From: a virus
Lineage: Duplodnaviria > Caudoviricetes
Virus record (IMG/VR): IMGVR_UViG_3300020045_012215
Span: 1-35,709 of that record
Reading direction: 5' to 3' (one strand)
Length of the DNA: 35,709 nucleotides
The translations under genes and the position numbers were made by a program. Positions 1 through 11,400 of this stretch are shown here, piece after piece. Within the stretch, counting starts at the first letter, position 1; each line of letters starts with the position of its first letter. The notes below the pieces were generated by a model that was not told the DNA's origin, did no database searches, and worked only from the letters and a program-made list of their open reading frames with translations.

Positions 1-190
1 CATGCAGCTTGTCCAGATGCGCGAGATGATGGACATGACTGGGCGTCTTGAATTAAAAACGGGAGTGGTAGAAGTTCCATTGATTTCAAGCTACAATGGC
101 AACGGGCGCGTGTTTGTTCGTCAGGTCGATCCGCTCCCCGTTTCTATCCTGTCGATTATTCCGTCGGGAACAATCCCGGTGAGGGGGTAG
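1..190 (+). CDS. Tail tubular protein B / packaged-DNA stabilization protein, C-terminal fragment (5' truncated)
   Basis: C-terminus 'VFVRQVDPLPVSILSI' is typical of podovirus tail tubular B proteins; lies just upstream of internal virion genes. Confidence 0.7.
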   Translation, partial: MQLVQMREMMDMTGRLELKTGVVEVPLISSYNGNGRVFVRQVDPLPVSILSIIPSGTIPVRG

Positions 191-191
191 C

Positions 192-701
192 ATGGCTCTC
201 GCAAGTGCACAGGTCGCTATGAGCGCTCTCAGCGCCTATGACCAATACAAGACCGCAAAGGCGCAGGGGAGATATCAACAGCAGATCGCCGATCAAAACG
301 CGGAGATGGCAGAGCTACGCGCTGCAGACGCCCTGAAGCGTGGAGATCGTGAGGCCGCAAAAATAAAAACAAAGACAAGCGGCCTGCTTGGGCGTCAGCG
401 CGCAATTTTAGCCGCGCAGGGATTTGACCTGAGCAGCGGGACAGCTCTTGATTTGCAGGAAGATACGGTGGGAATGGGCGCAATGGATGAATTGACCACA
501 AAAAACAATGCGTGGCGCGAGGCGTTTGGGTTTAAATCGGAGGCGCGCGCCTACCGAACGCAGGGGCGATTCGCAAAACTTGAGGCACGCAATACAGCTC
601 GGACGTCCTTGCTCACAGGCGGATTGCGTGCGGTCGAGGCTGGCGTAGCTGGCTATGACAGGTTCCAGTCGTCAAAAGGCACGAAAAGGAAGTGGATCTG
701 A
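192..701 (+). CDS. Internal virion (ejection) protein, T7 gp14-like position
   Basis: 169 aa, Ala/Gln-rich and helical, with 'GRQRAILAAQGFDLSSGTALDL' motif seen in podophage core proteins; synteny. Confidence 0.7.
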   Translation: MALASAQVAMSALSAYDQYKTAKAQGRYQQQIADQNAEMAELRAADALKRGDREAAKIKTKTSGLLGRQRAILAAQGFDLSSGTALDLQEDTVGMGAMDELTTKNNAWREAFGFKSEARAYRTQGRFAKLEARNTARTSLLTGGLRAVEAGVAGYDRFQSSKGTKRKWI

Positions 702-2440
702 TGCCAGTTGTTCCTCGCTATGGAGATCAGCGTGTGGACGCGTCACCCCTTCCTGACACGCGCCTCAATGCGTCCGGATCGAACGCATTCGGATTATCAC
801 CCTCCATCGGGCAGGCGGCGCAGAATGCACTCGGCCGCGCCGAGAACTGGGCGGATGCTGAAGTAAAAAAGGCCAATCAACTGCAAGTCTTGGATGCCGA
901 TCGTCAGCTTTCTGCGCTGGAGACGAATATCCAATACGATCCAAAATCAGGGATCATCAATCGAAAAGGGAAGGACGCTTTCAGTCTCCCGGACGACGTG
1001 CGCACGATGTGGGACAAGGGCGTTTCTGAAATTGAAAAGTCGCTAAAGAATGACGTGCAGAAAGAATCATTTCGCGCCATGCAGATCCAGCGATGGACCG
1101 ATCTTGACCGCAATGTGCAGCGCCATGTTTCCGGTGAGCGCAAGGCGTATGACGAACAGGTCACGTCGTCCTACATCGACAATGAGCAGGGCGCGGCGGC
1201 GCTGAACTATCTTGACCCTGAGCGCGTGCGCATGTCCATAGACCGCCAGCGCGCCGCGATCATTGATCATGCCGACCGGAATGGGCTTCCTGAAGAGGCA
1301 TTGGTGCAGCGCATCAATGATGCGGTCAGCAAGACGCATACAGCCGTCATGGCGCGCATGCTGGCCAACGACCAAGATATGGCCGCTCAAAAATACATGC
1401 AGGATCATAAAGACGAATTAACGGCCGAGGATATCACACGCGTCGAAAAAGCTGTGGAGGAAGGCTCCTTGCGTGGTGAGTCGCAGCGCCGTGTCGATGA
1501 CATTATGGGGCGCGGACTCTCGCGTTCCGACGCCATGGAAGAGGCTCGATCGGTCGCTGACCCGAAACTGCGAGATGCCGTCGAAGAGCGCGTATCACGC
1601 GCGTATGAACAGCGCCGTGCTGCGGAGAGACAGGATCAAGAAGACCTGTATCAGCGCGCTGCGAATCTGATCGACTCCGGGCCACGCGGCGCACCGGCTC
1701 GCAGCGTTATACCTCCCGATCAATGGTCACGCCTCACCCCGGAACAGCGGAGCGCCCTGCAGCGTCGCGCAGAAGATCCGGACAACAATGATAAGGTGTG
1801 GTTGGACTTTCTGTCTCTCTCGCCGACCGATGTGGCTGGACTGTCGCGCGCCGAATTTGAGACGTCATACTGGAGCCATTTCGACAAAGAGCGTCGTACA
1901 CGCGCCGAGTCGTTCTGGAGTGCTGCGGTAGGCGGTAAGGGATCAAAGGATCCGGCCTTCGCCGCTACGCTGACATTTAAAGATCGTGTTGATAATACGC
2001 TCAGAACCACAGGGCTTCTGGATCCGAATAAATCAAAATCAAAATTCAATGAAGACGAGGCCACGCTGTACTCTCGCTTCGAGAATGAGGCAGCGCGCGC
2101 CATCCAGGAATATGAGGTAAATGTCCTTGGCGGAAAACGTAAGGCAACGGGCGAAGAAATGCAAAAGGTTTTGGATACAATGGCCGTGCAGCGCGTCTTC
2201 ATTGATAAGCCGTGGGGGCGCGATCCAGAACTTCCAGCACGCCTTGTACAGCCGGACGATCGTGGACGCGCTTACGTTCCTTACGACAAGATACCGGCCG
2301 ACGCTCTGGTCGCCATGAAATCAGAGGCAGAGCGCCTGAAGATTAAACCGACGCGCGACGCGCTTGAAAAAGCCTATGGAGCGCTTTTGTCCGGCGAGCG
2401 TGACGATGACCGCATTCGTGCCATCCTAAGGAGCAACTAA
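701..2440 (+). CDS. Internal virion (ejection) protein, T7 gp15-like position
   Basis: Start placed at ATG 701 (TGATG overlap with upstream stop); 'MPVVPRY' N-terminus; all-helical ~580 aa; synteny. Confidence 0.65.
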   Translation: MPVVPRYGDQRVDASPLPDTRLNASGSNAFGLSPSIGQAAQNALGRAENWADAEVKKANQLQVLDADRQLSALETNIQYDPKSGIINRKGKDAFSLPDDVRTMWDKGVSEIEKSLKNDVQKESFRAMQIQRWTDLDRNVQRHVSGERKAYDEQVTSSYIDNEQGAAALNYLDPERVRMSIDRQRAAIIDHADRNGLPEEALVQRINDAVSKTHTAVMARMLANDQDMAAQKYMQDHKDELTAEDITRVEKAVEEGSLRGESQRRVDDIMGRGLSRSDAMEEARSVADPKLRDAVEERVSRAYEQRRAAERQDQEDLYQRAANLIDSGPRGAPARSVIPPDQWSRLTPEQRSALQRRAEDPDNNDKVWLDFLSLSPTDVAGLSRAEFETSYWSHFDKERRTRAESFWSAAVGGKGSKDPAFAATLTFKDRVDNTLRTTGLLDPNKSKSKFNEDEATLYSRFENEAARAIQEYEVNVLGGKRKATGEEMQKVLDTMAVQRVFIDKPWGRDPELPARLVQPDDRGRAYVPYDKIPADALVAMKSEAERLKIKPTRDALEKAYGALLSGERDDDRIRAILRSN

Positions 2441-5400
2441 ATGGGATCATTTTCTGACCGTGTGCTTGGGCAGCAGCCTGCGGATGACAATGTGGATGCG
2501 TCCGGACTGATTGCGCCTGAAACTGTAACCCCTGTCCGGCCGGAAGCCCCAGCGCCTACCGAGTCCGGCTTAGCGCGCCGTGTCCTTGGCGAATCAGATA
2601 TTGAGAGTCGCATCCAATTCTCAGCGACATCGTCGACGAAGACATCTCCGGATCGTGCTGCCCGCATCCTAGAAATACAGGATAAAACACGTCTGCCTAT
2701 TGACCTGATTCAGCGGAACTTTGAAACCGTAGATGCGGCCGCAAAAACCTCCGACTTTGACCCCGTCAAGTTTCGCAAAGAAAGCCCTGTCGTCGCATCG
2801 TGGATGGCCGAGGCACCGGAGCATGCATCCATTGTGATGGACGACATGACTGCGCTTTCAAAGACGGAGCGCATTGTTCGGGCCTTGGTGCGTGGACATG
2901 CCACGACAGAGGACTACAGATCACTCATCCACACTGCTGGTGATTCTTTTCCTGGACGCGTGTATCAATTACAGGCAGCCCAATATCGTCTTAATACCCT
3001 AGGCGCACGTGAGATAGATGGGGAAGTCCTGACGCCAGAAGAGGAGCGTGAGGCGTCCGATCTCATATCTCGCATGGGAGAGTTAAACGCTTTTGGGAAA
3101 TCAGGTCTGCCTTGGGCAGGAAAGCTGATTGCGAGTGGAGCGATCCAGTATGCGAGAGGAATTTACAATGCGCAACAACTTGGAGTGATGGGGGCTACCG
3201 GTGCAGGTGCCGCTGCCCTTGCTGGAGGGGTCAGCGCTCCTGCTACACCTGCCATCGCCAGCGCTGGGTATGCGTTTGGACTGCAGCTTGGTCTATTGAA
3301 AGAAACTTACCGCATGGAAGCGGGAGGTGCATATTATGAGTTTTTACAAGTTAAGGGAGAGGATGGGAAGCCAATAGACAAGGATGTGGCAAAAGCTGCG
3401 GCCCGGGTGGTTGGAGCTTTAAATGCACCACTCGAACTGCTAACGATTCGATCGCTTGTAAAAACCATACCAGGTGGTGCACGCGTCTTAAATTTGATGA
3501 CAAAGGACTGGATAAAATCGCAGCTTGAACGTAATACTGTAAGGTCTGCAATAAAATACGCATTAAAAAAATTAACCAAGACAGGCGCGGAAAATGCGTT
3601 GCAAGAGGGTTCACAGGAACTTGTTACTATTCTTGCTGGGGAAGCCGCAAAATCACTATCTCCAGGACAATTTCAGTCTGATTCATTATGGGACAATGCA
3701 AAACGTGTTGGTGAGTCTGCACTTGGCGGCGCTGTCATGGGTGTTGGCCTGGGCTTGCCTGGAACCCTTCTGCAGGTCAATCAGGATTTCGCGCGTGCCC
3801 GGAAGGCGTCTCAAAATGAGGCGATGTTCAAGGCGTTGGGCGACGCTGTCAAGGAATCAAAGACATTCCAGAAGCTGCCCACAAAAACGCAGGAACTTGT
3901 ATCAAGCATGACGCGCGACGGTGCGATTGAAACGCTTTACGTTCCGTCGGACAGTTTCCAAACATATTGGCAAGAGCAGGGGATTGAGCCGCGCGCGATG
4001 GCACGCGATATTTTGGGTGACACCAAGGCATACGATGAGGCCGTCGCTGCGGGCACAGATATTCCCATTCCGACCGCCGTCTATGCGACGAAGATCGCAC
4101 CTACGGATCACAATGCATTTTTCCAGGCAGAACTGCGAACGACGCCTGATGCGATGAATGCGCGCGAATCCAATGAATTCATGAGGATTGTGGATGAGGC
4201 AGCTTCGGCTGCCGACAAGGGGGCGCTGCCGGAGCGGGCGTTACTTGTTTCCGGGGATATTCAGACGCAGCTGGTCGCTGCCGGATTTGATGAGCGCACG
4301 GCTGAGAATTATTCGACGCTCTATGGTCACGCGTTCAATTCGTTGGGAGAGAGGACTGGTCAGGATCCGTTCGCGCTTTACAAGCGCTATGGATTAAAAA
4401 TCAGCCGTTCAGATTCTGCGGCTCTTGGTTCACAGGAGGCTGCATCTGTCCTAAGTCAGGAAGAGATCCGTCCGGAGGCAGGAGTCCAGCCGCAATCAGC
4501 TTCTGCTCGCGGTCAAAATATTCCTGCATCCAAGCCTCTTGGTTCTGAGCAGGCGGGAATCCAGGCGACAGGTGCTGCGCAAGAAGGGCTGCCAGTTCAT
4601 CAGCCTGGGCCGGAGCGGGCGGAATCTGTATATCGGTTAAGTGTTCCATTTGATCCAAGTATAACCTCCCATCCCAACTTTCGCAAGTTCTTTGCTGATG
4701 CCGACTCGGTGGTGCGTAAATATGCGTCACTCTTCGGACAAGACATAACGCCCGAGTTCTCGCTGCAGGCCGGTGAGACGATACATCAAGATTTGCGCGC
4801 AGCCTATACCGCTGCGACGCCAGAATTGCGCGCGGCTGCTGCTCAGGCGGTGGCGGAGAAATACAAGGGCATGGACATGAATCAGGTGGGGTCCGATATG
4901 ATCCTGCTTCGTCAGGCCGCTCAGGTGGTGAAGGGTTATTCTGAGCAGGGCAAGCAGTTCATGAATGAATTCGTGAAACAGAAGCTGGATTCTTACACGG
5001 ACGAAATGCGCGTGAAGACTGGAATTGAGGCCGAATCTTCTTCGATGACGGCGGACACCTCTCTGTCGTCGACGGCGAAGGTCGCGGGCCAGAGTGAGCT
5101 GTTTCAGGGCGCGATGGAGCGTGAGCTTATGAAAGGTCCGGCGCGCGCCGTCTTTCACGGATGGTTTGAAGCGCCAGAAGAGTTCGGCGGAAGTTTCCCT
5201 GTCTACAATATCCGTGGGCAGCATGATCGATATGGCAGCACGGTTGGCCGTGGTACGCTGGAATCGTTAGGGATTGAGATTCCTAATACGCCAACGCTGG
5301 CAGAGTGGAAAAATGCAGGGTCGAAAGTGACTCTGGAACAGCCGCCTATTCGTAACATCGTGAAGCAGACGGATACGCCTGAATTTAAGAAGTGGTTCGG

Positions 5401-8400
5401 AGCTTCAGAGGTGGTGGATTCGGACGGTCAGCCACTCGTAGTTTACCACGGGACGCACGCACAAGAGCGCTTTAACATTTTTGATCCTGATGCTACAGGA
5501 AAAAATACAGATTACGGATGGCTTGGAACTGGCATGTATTTCACGCCATATCCAGGGCAGGCAGAGCTTTATGCGAAAGCAGACACTAAAAATCCGGCGT
5601 ATCCATTTACGACGGATGTCCCCGACAATACACGCATAATGCCTGTGTTCTTGAAAGCAGAAAATCCATACAAGACAGACCGACCTATCACACACTCATT
5701 CTCGCAAGAACTGCGAGAGCGTGGGCATGATGCGATTTTCTGGTATGACGAAATTGACAATGGTGTCCCTCGTGAGATACTCGTATTTTCTTCTGAACAA
5801 ATTAAATCCGCAACCGGAAACCGTGGGACGTTCGACGCAGGGAGTAAGAACATCCTGGAGCAGGCCCCTGCCGATAATGCACCTATTTTCTACAGCCAGT
5901 TGCAGCGGATCATTGAAGCGAAGATGCCAAACACAGCGCCTGTTGATCAGGTGCGCAATATCATCAAAGGTGGGGCCGTCAAGCAGGACGAGATCGAGTG
6001 GTCCGGAATCGAAGATTTCTTAACGGGAAAGGTTAAGGTTTCAAAGGCCGATCTTTTGGACTTCCTCAGGTCGAATGAGGTGAAGATTCAGGAGGTTGTC
6101 AAGGGGCGTGGCATATCAAAGGAAGAGCAAGCGCGGCTGGATGTGTTGAGGGATGCGTCGAATGAGCGAGACCTATCGGCGTCTGAAATGAAAGAGTATG
6201 ACGCGCTCGCCGTAAAAGAAGAGCAGTCTGTCGGAAAAGCTGATTCCACAAAATTCGCACAGTACCAACTCCCCGGCGGCGAGAACTATCGGGAGGTTTT
6301 GCTGACGTTGCCTATCGAAACAAAACTTCCTGAGGGGTGGTCTGTCCGTAACGATCCTGAATATGGATGGATCGTCGAATCGAAGGGCGGAGAAACAATT
6401 CAGGGCTCAACGAAAGAAGAGGCCATAGCAAACGCTCGCCAACGCCTGATGAATAACCGGCATGGGACGGGAGATGTTTTCAGGTCCTCCCACTTCGAAG
6501 AGCCCAACATCCTCGCCCATGTCCGCCTGAACGACCGGACAACCTCCGACGGAAAGAAGATGCTTTTCTTGGAGGAGGTGCAGAGCGATTGGCACCAGAA
6601 GGGGAGAGATAAAGGATATAGAAAAGGGGAAATTCCAAGACCGGAACCAATTACTATTACAGGCGTAACGGAAAGAGAATATGATTTCATGGTTCATTTT
6701 TCCAATGGAGACAACCGGGGCGTCGGGAAGGGGACTCTTTCTGGTTATGGTAACGGAATTGAATCGAATAAGGAAGGCGCCCGCGCCTACTTCAAAGATA
6801 TTCTTGAAGAAGATAATCGTCGGGTCATTTCTGAGTGGAAAGAGGGAGTATCGTCTTTAGGAGATGTTCCCAACGCTCCCTTCAAAAAGACATGGCACGA
6901 ACTCGCCCTGAAGCGGATGCTCCGCTACGCCGTGGACAACGGATACGACGCCATCGGGTGGACGACGGGAGAGCAACAAGCGGAGCGTTATGACCTTTCA
7001 AAACAGGTTGATAAAATATCGGTTCCGATGGTCAACAAAGATAACAGATCGGTTCGCATTGACGCCTCCAATGGGACATCGTTTAAGCTCATGGTTTCAA
7101 ATGATGGGGTAGTTGACGGATCTTACTCTGGCGGGCAATTTAGTGGCAAGAGGTTAGACGAAGTTGTTGGAAAAGAAATGGCGAAGAAGATCATGGAGTT
7201 GACTTCTCCAAAGGACTTCACGGGACTCGACCTAAAAGTCGGCGGCGAAGGGATGGAGGGTTTTTACGATCAGATGATCCCATCGTTCCTGAACAAATAC
7301 ACGAAGAAGTGGGGCGGGCGGGTTGGGGAATCTGTTATCCATGTGACGCCCAAGAAAGTGAAATTTAGCCGCGACGCAATCGCGTCAGTTGAGGCGCATG
7401 ATAACCTTGGGTTCGACACGGCAGGGGAAGCACTTCAAGCCGTCGCCATCCATGACGATTTCGCCACACGGTGGGAAATCCTAAATCCGGAAGACGTGAA
7501 AGTTCTGACGGATTGGAAAAATTCGCAGGGGGCAGCGACGATTCACTCCCTCGAAATCACTCCTTCCATACGGGAGAGCGTGAAGCAGGGACAGCCATTA
7601 TTCCAGCGCAAAGGCAATGAGGCACGCGGTCGGATCATGTTTGGAAGTGACCGCCAGTTTTCAATCGAGCTTTTAAAGAATGCCGACCTGTCAACATTTC
7701 TGCATGAGACGGGTCACTTCTTCCTGGAGGTAATGGGAGATATTTCTGAGGCAAACGCTGACATCAAGGCAGACATGGACGAGATTCTTAAATTCATGGA
7801 CGTAAAATCGCGTGAAGAAATTGGACGTGAGCAGCATGAACAATTTGCAAGGGCTTTCGAGTCTTACTTGATGGAGGGTAAGGCCCCGAGCGCCGGTCTC
7901 CGACAGGCGTTCGCACGTTTCCGAGCGTGGCTCATTGCCGTGTATCGGAGCGTCGTGAATCTGAATGTTGATCTGACGCCGGAGGTGCGCGGCGTGTTCG
8001 ACCGCCTGGTGGCGACGAAGGGTGAGATTGGAGAGGCGGAAGTGGACACTGGGCTGTCACCGCTTTTTTCAGATGCCAAGGCAATGGGCATGACTGACGC
8101 CCAGGCGCAATCATATGCTGAAGCCGTCGCAGAGGCGCGGGACGCGTCAGAAGAAGAGCTGTCGACGCGTGTCCTGCGAGACTTCAATCGTGAGCGCCGC
8201 CGCGTCTGGAATGAGGCGCGCGAACGTTTTAAAGCAGCCGCCGAAGAAGAGGTGAATCAGCGCAAAGAACAGATCGCATTGTCGGCACTCCAGCGCGGCA
8301 AATTCCCTGGTGGAGAGGATTTGCCTGTTGAAATGTCAGGAATCAAGCTGTCTAAAAAAGCGATCGTCGAGCAGTTTGGCGAAGAGCGCCTACGCACTCT

Positions 8401-11400
8401 GCCGAAGCCTTACGTGTATTCAGCAGATGGTGGCATGCATCCGGATATGGCGGCTGAAATATTCGGATTCAGTTCTGGTGATGAGCTGATGACGGCCATC
8501 ACAACCGCCACGCCTCGAAAACAATTGATTGATGCGATGACGACGGAGCGCATGCGCGCCGAGTTTGGCGATGTGCTCATGGATGGTCGTATACCAGAAG
8601 AGGCCGTTAAAGCTGTGCATAATCAGAAGCGCGCGCGATTGCTGCAGATGGAATTGGAATATCTGGCATCCAACAACCTCCCGGTTGTCAAAGGGATTGT
8701 GCGCCGGATGTCGCAGCGCATTCCACCGCTGGAAGCGGTAACGGCCCAGGCAGAAAAAACGATTGCGTCTAAATCGATTCGGAACATGTTCCCGTCGGCG
8801 TATCGCCAGGCGGAGTCCAGGGCGGCGCGTGAGGCGACGGCTGCGATGTTGCGTGGAGACTTCAGCGCCGCCTTATCCTCGAAGCAAAAAGAGCTTCTAA
8901 ACCATGAACTATTCACAGCGGCGACGCGGGCTGTCGACGAAACGGATTCAATCATTTCCTATCTCAAACGCTTTGATAAACCATCCGTTCGTGAGCGTCT
9001 TGGAAAAGCTGGCGGTGATTATCTTGATCAAATCGACTCACTTCTAGAACGATATGATTTCCGTCGTGGGACGACGCTAAAAGAGATTGACCGCAGGAAG
9101 TCTCTTGCCGAGTGGGTAGAAGAGCAAAGGGCACAAGGACAGGATGTTGACGTGCCAAAAAACCTGATCAACGACGCGATGCGGAAGCATTATAAAGACG
9201 CATCCTTTGAAGAACTGCAGGGCCTGCGCGATTCCGTTAAGATGATCGCGCACTTGGCGCGCGTGAAAAGCGATCTTCTGGCGAATGAGCGTCTCCGCAC
9301 TTTAGAAGCGGCGCGCGATGAGATCGTTGCATCTATTTCAGCGCACCACACCGTCACACAGCAGCCGATTGATTTTGCACCCAGCTTGTCCTCTCGCATG
9401 GCTACCAAGGCGCGTGAAGGAGTCGCCGCGCATACGCGGATGGAATTCCTGTTCCAGTTTCTGGATGGAAACAAGCCGAACGGCGCTACATGGCAAACGC
9501 TATTCAAACCTATGGTCGATGCCGAGAACAAAGAAAACGAGATGATCCACGCGGCGGGTAAAGATTTGCGCGATATTTTTAGCGCCTATTCCAGGAAAGA
9601 GCGTATCGGTTGGTTTATGAAAAAGACGTTCATTCCTGAAATCGGCACATCGATGAACCACGCGAACATGCTGGCCGTCGCATTGAACTGGGGGAACGAG
9701 TATAACCGTCAGGCTTTGATGGACGGTTACGGATGGACGGATGGTCAGGTCAATGCCATCCTTTCAAAACTGGATGATCGGGATTGGGACACGGTACAGA
9801 AGGTGTGGGACCATATCGACAGCTATTGGCCTAAAATTGAGGCGATGGAGCAGCAACTTAACGGCGTGGCACCGGCCAAGGTTGACAGGTCTGCTTTTGT
9901 GGTTGGTGGTGCGGATGGAATTCCAGGACGTGTAACGCAGCGCCGTGAAATCAGTGGAGGATACTATCCAATCGTCTTTGATTCGCAGTTGTCATGGAGG
10001 CAGAGCAATCTGGAAGAAGCTGCCAACGTGCAAGACATGTTTGGTGGTAACTGGGCGCGAGCGATGACAAAGAAAGGGCACACGATCGCACGCAAAGGGA
10101 CAGGTGGTAAGCCTGTCCTCCTGCAACTGACAGGACTCACCAGGCATATAACGAACGTGATCCATGACCTGTCTTTCCGACCATCCATCATTGATGCGTC
10201 GAAAATAATCAGACACCCTGACGTTCGTTTGGCGATCGAGGGATCTGCTGGACGAGAGATGTATCGTCAACTGAATCCGTGGCTCATGGCCATCGCTGGT
10301 GATCGGCGTGGCGAACCTATGAATCCGATAGAAGGTCTATTGGGCCGTGCGCGCGCTGGAGTGACAACGGTTGCGCTTGGTCTTAAGTTAAGCTCCGGAA
10401 TCATACAGACGATGGGATATTTGAATACGATAAATGAGGTCGGTTTTTCTTACGCCGGTCGCGGCTTGCGTGACGCATTTTCACGACCAACAGAAATCAT
10501 GAAATCATGGCGCTTCATAACGGACAGGTCAGAGATGATGCGGTCGCGTATTGAAAATTATGACCGTGATGTGCGGGACGCGATGCAAAAGCTGAGCATT
10601 GAGGGCGCGTCATCTGGAATTGTCGGGGCTGTCGACGCGTATACAAAAGACGTTCGGAACTCATTCTTTTCATTCATCGGGCTGATGGACTTAGCAACAT
10701 CTGTCCCGACGTGGCTTGCTGGATATCATAAGGCGATGGACGGAAATGTCGAGAATATCACAGCAGGAGATGAGCGCGGTGCGATTGATTACGCCGACAG
10801 CGTCGTCCGGAAGACGCAGAGCGCTGGCGCTGCCAAGGATTTGGCATCGATACAAAGAGGGTCTGAGACGTTCAAGATTTTCACGATGTTCTATTCGCAG
10901 CTTTCATTGCAGTTCAACATGATGGCGTCGGCTGTGCAGGGGTATCGTTTGGATAAGAACATGGGCCGTCTTGTCGGAGCTGCGGCGTTGCTATGGTTCA
11001 TCCCCGCCGTTATGGAAGATGTCCTGCGCGCCAGACTCCCTGACAGTGATGACGACCCTGAGAAATGGGCGGCGTGGTTCGCGCGCAATCAGGCTCTTTA
11101 TCCGTTCAACACTGTCGTCCTTGTGCGCGATCTTGCGAATTCGCTGGAGTCATATCTGGAGAGTGGACGAAAAGAGTTCTCTGGATCTCCTGTATTTGAT
11201 GTGGGGCAGTCGATTGTTGGGCTTGCCTCCTTGGTTACCAAGCCTGCGACCGGAGAGGACGTGTCACGATCCGATATTAAAAATGCAGCTATGGCTGCAG
11301 GCTATGTCTTTCAGCTTCCGACACGTCAAACATGGCAGACGGTTGAATATCTGTATGATTGGATGACAGGAGACCAATCGCCTAGCAATCCGGCCGAAGG

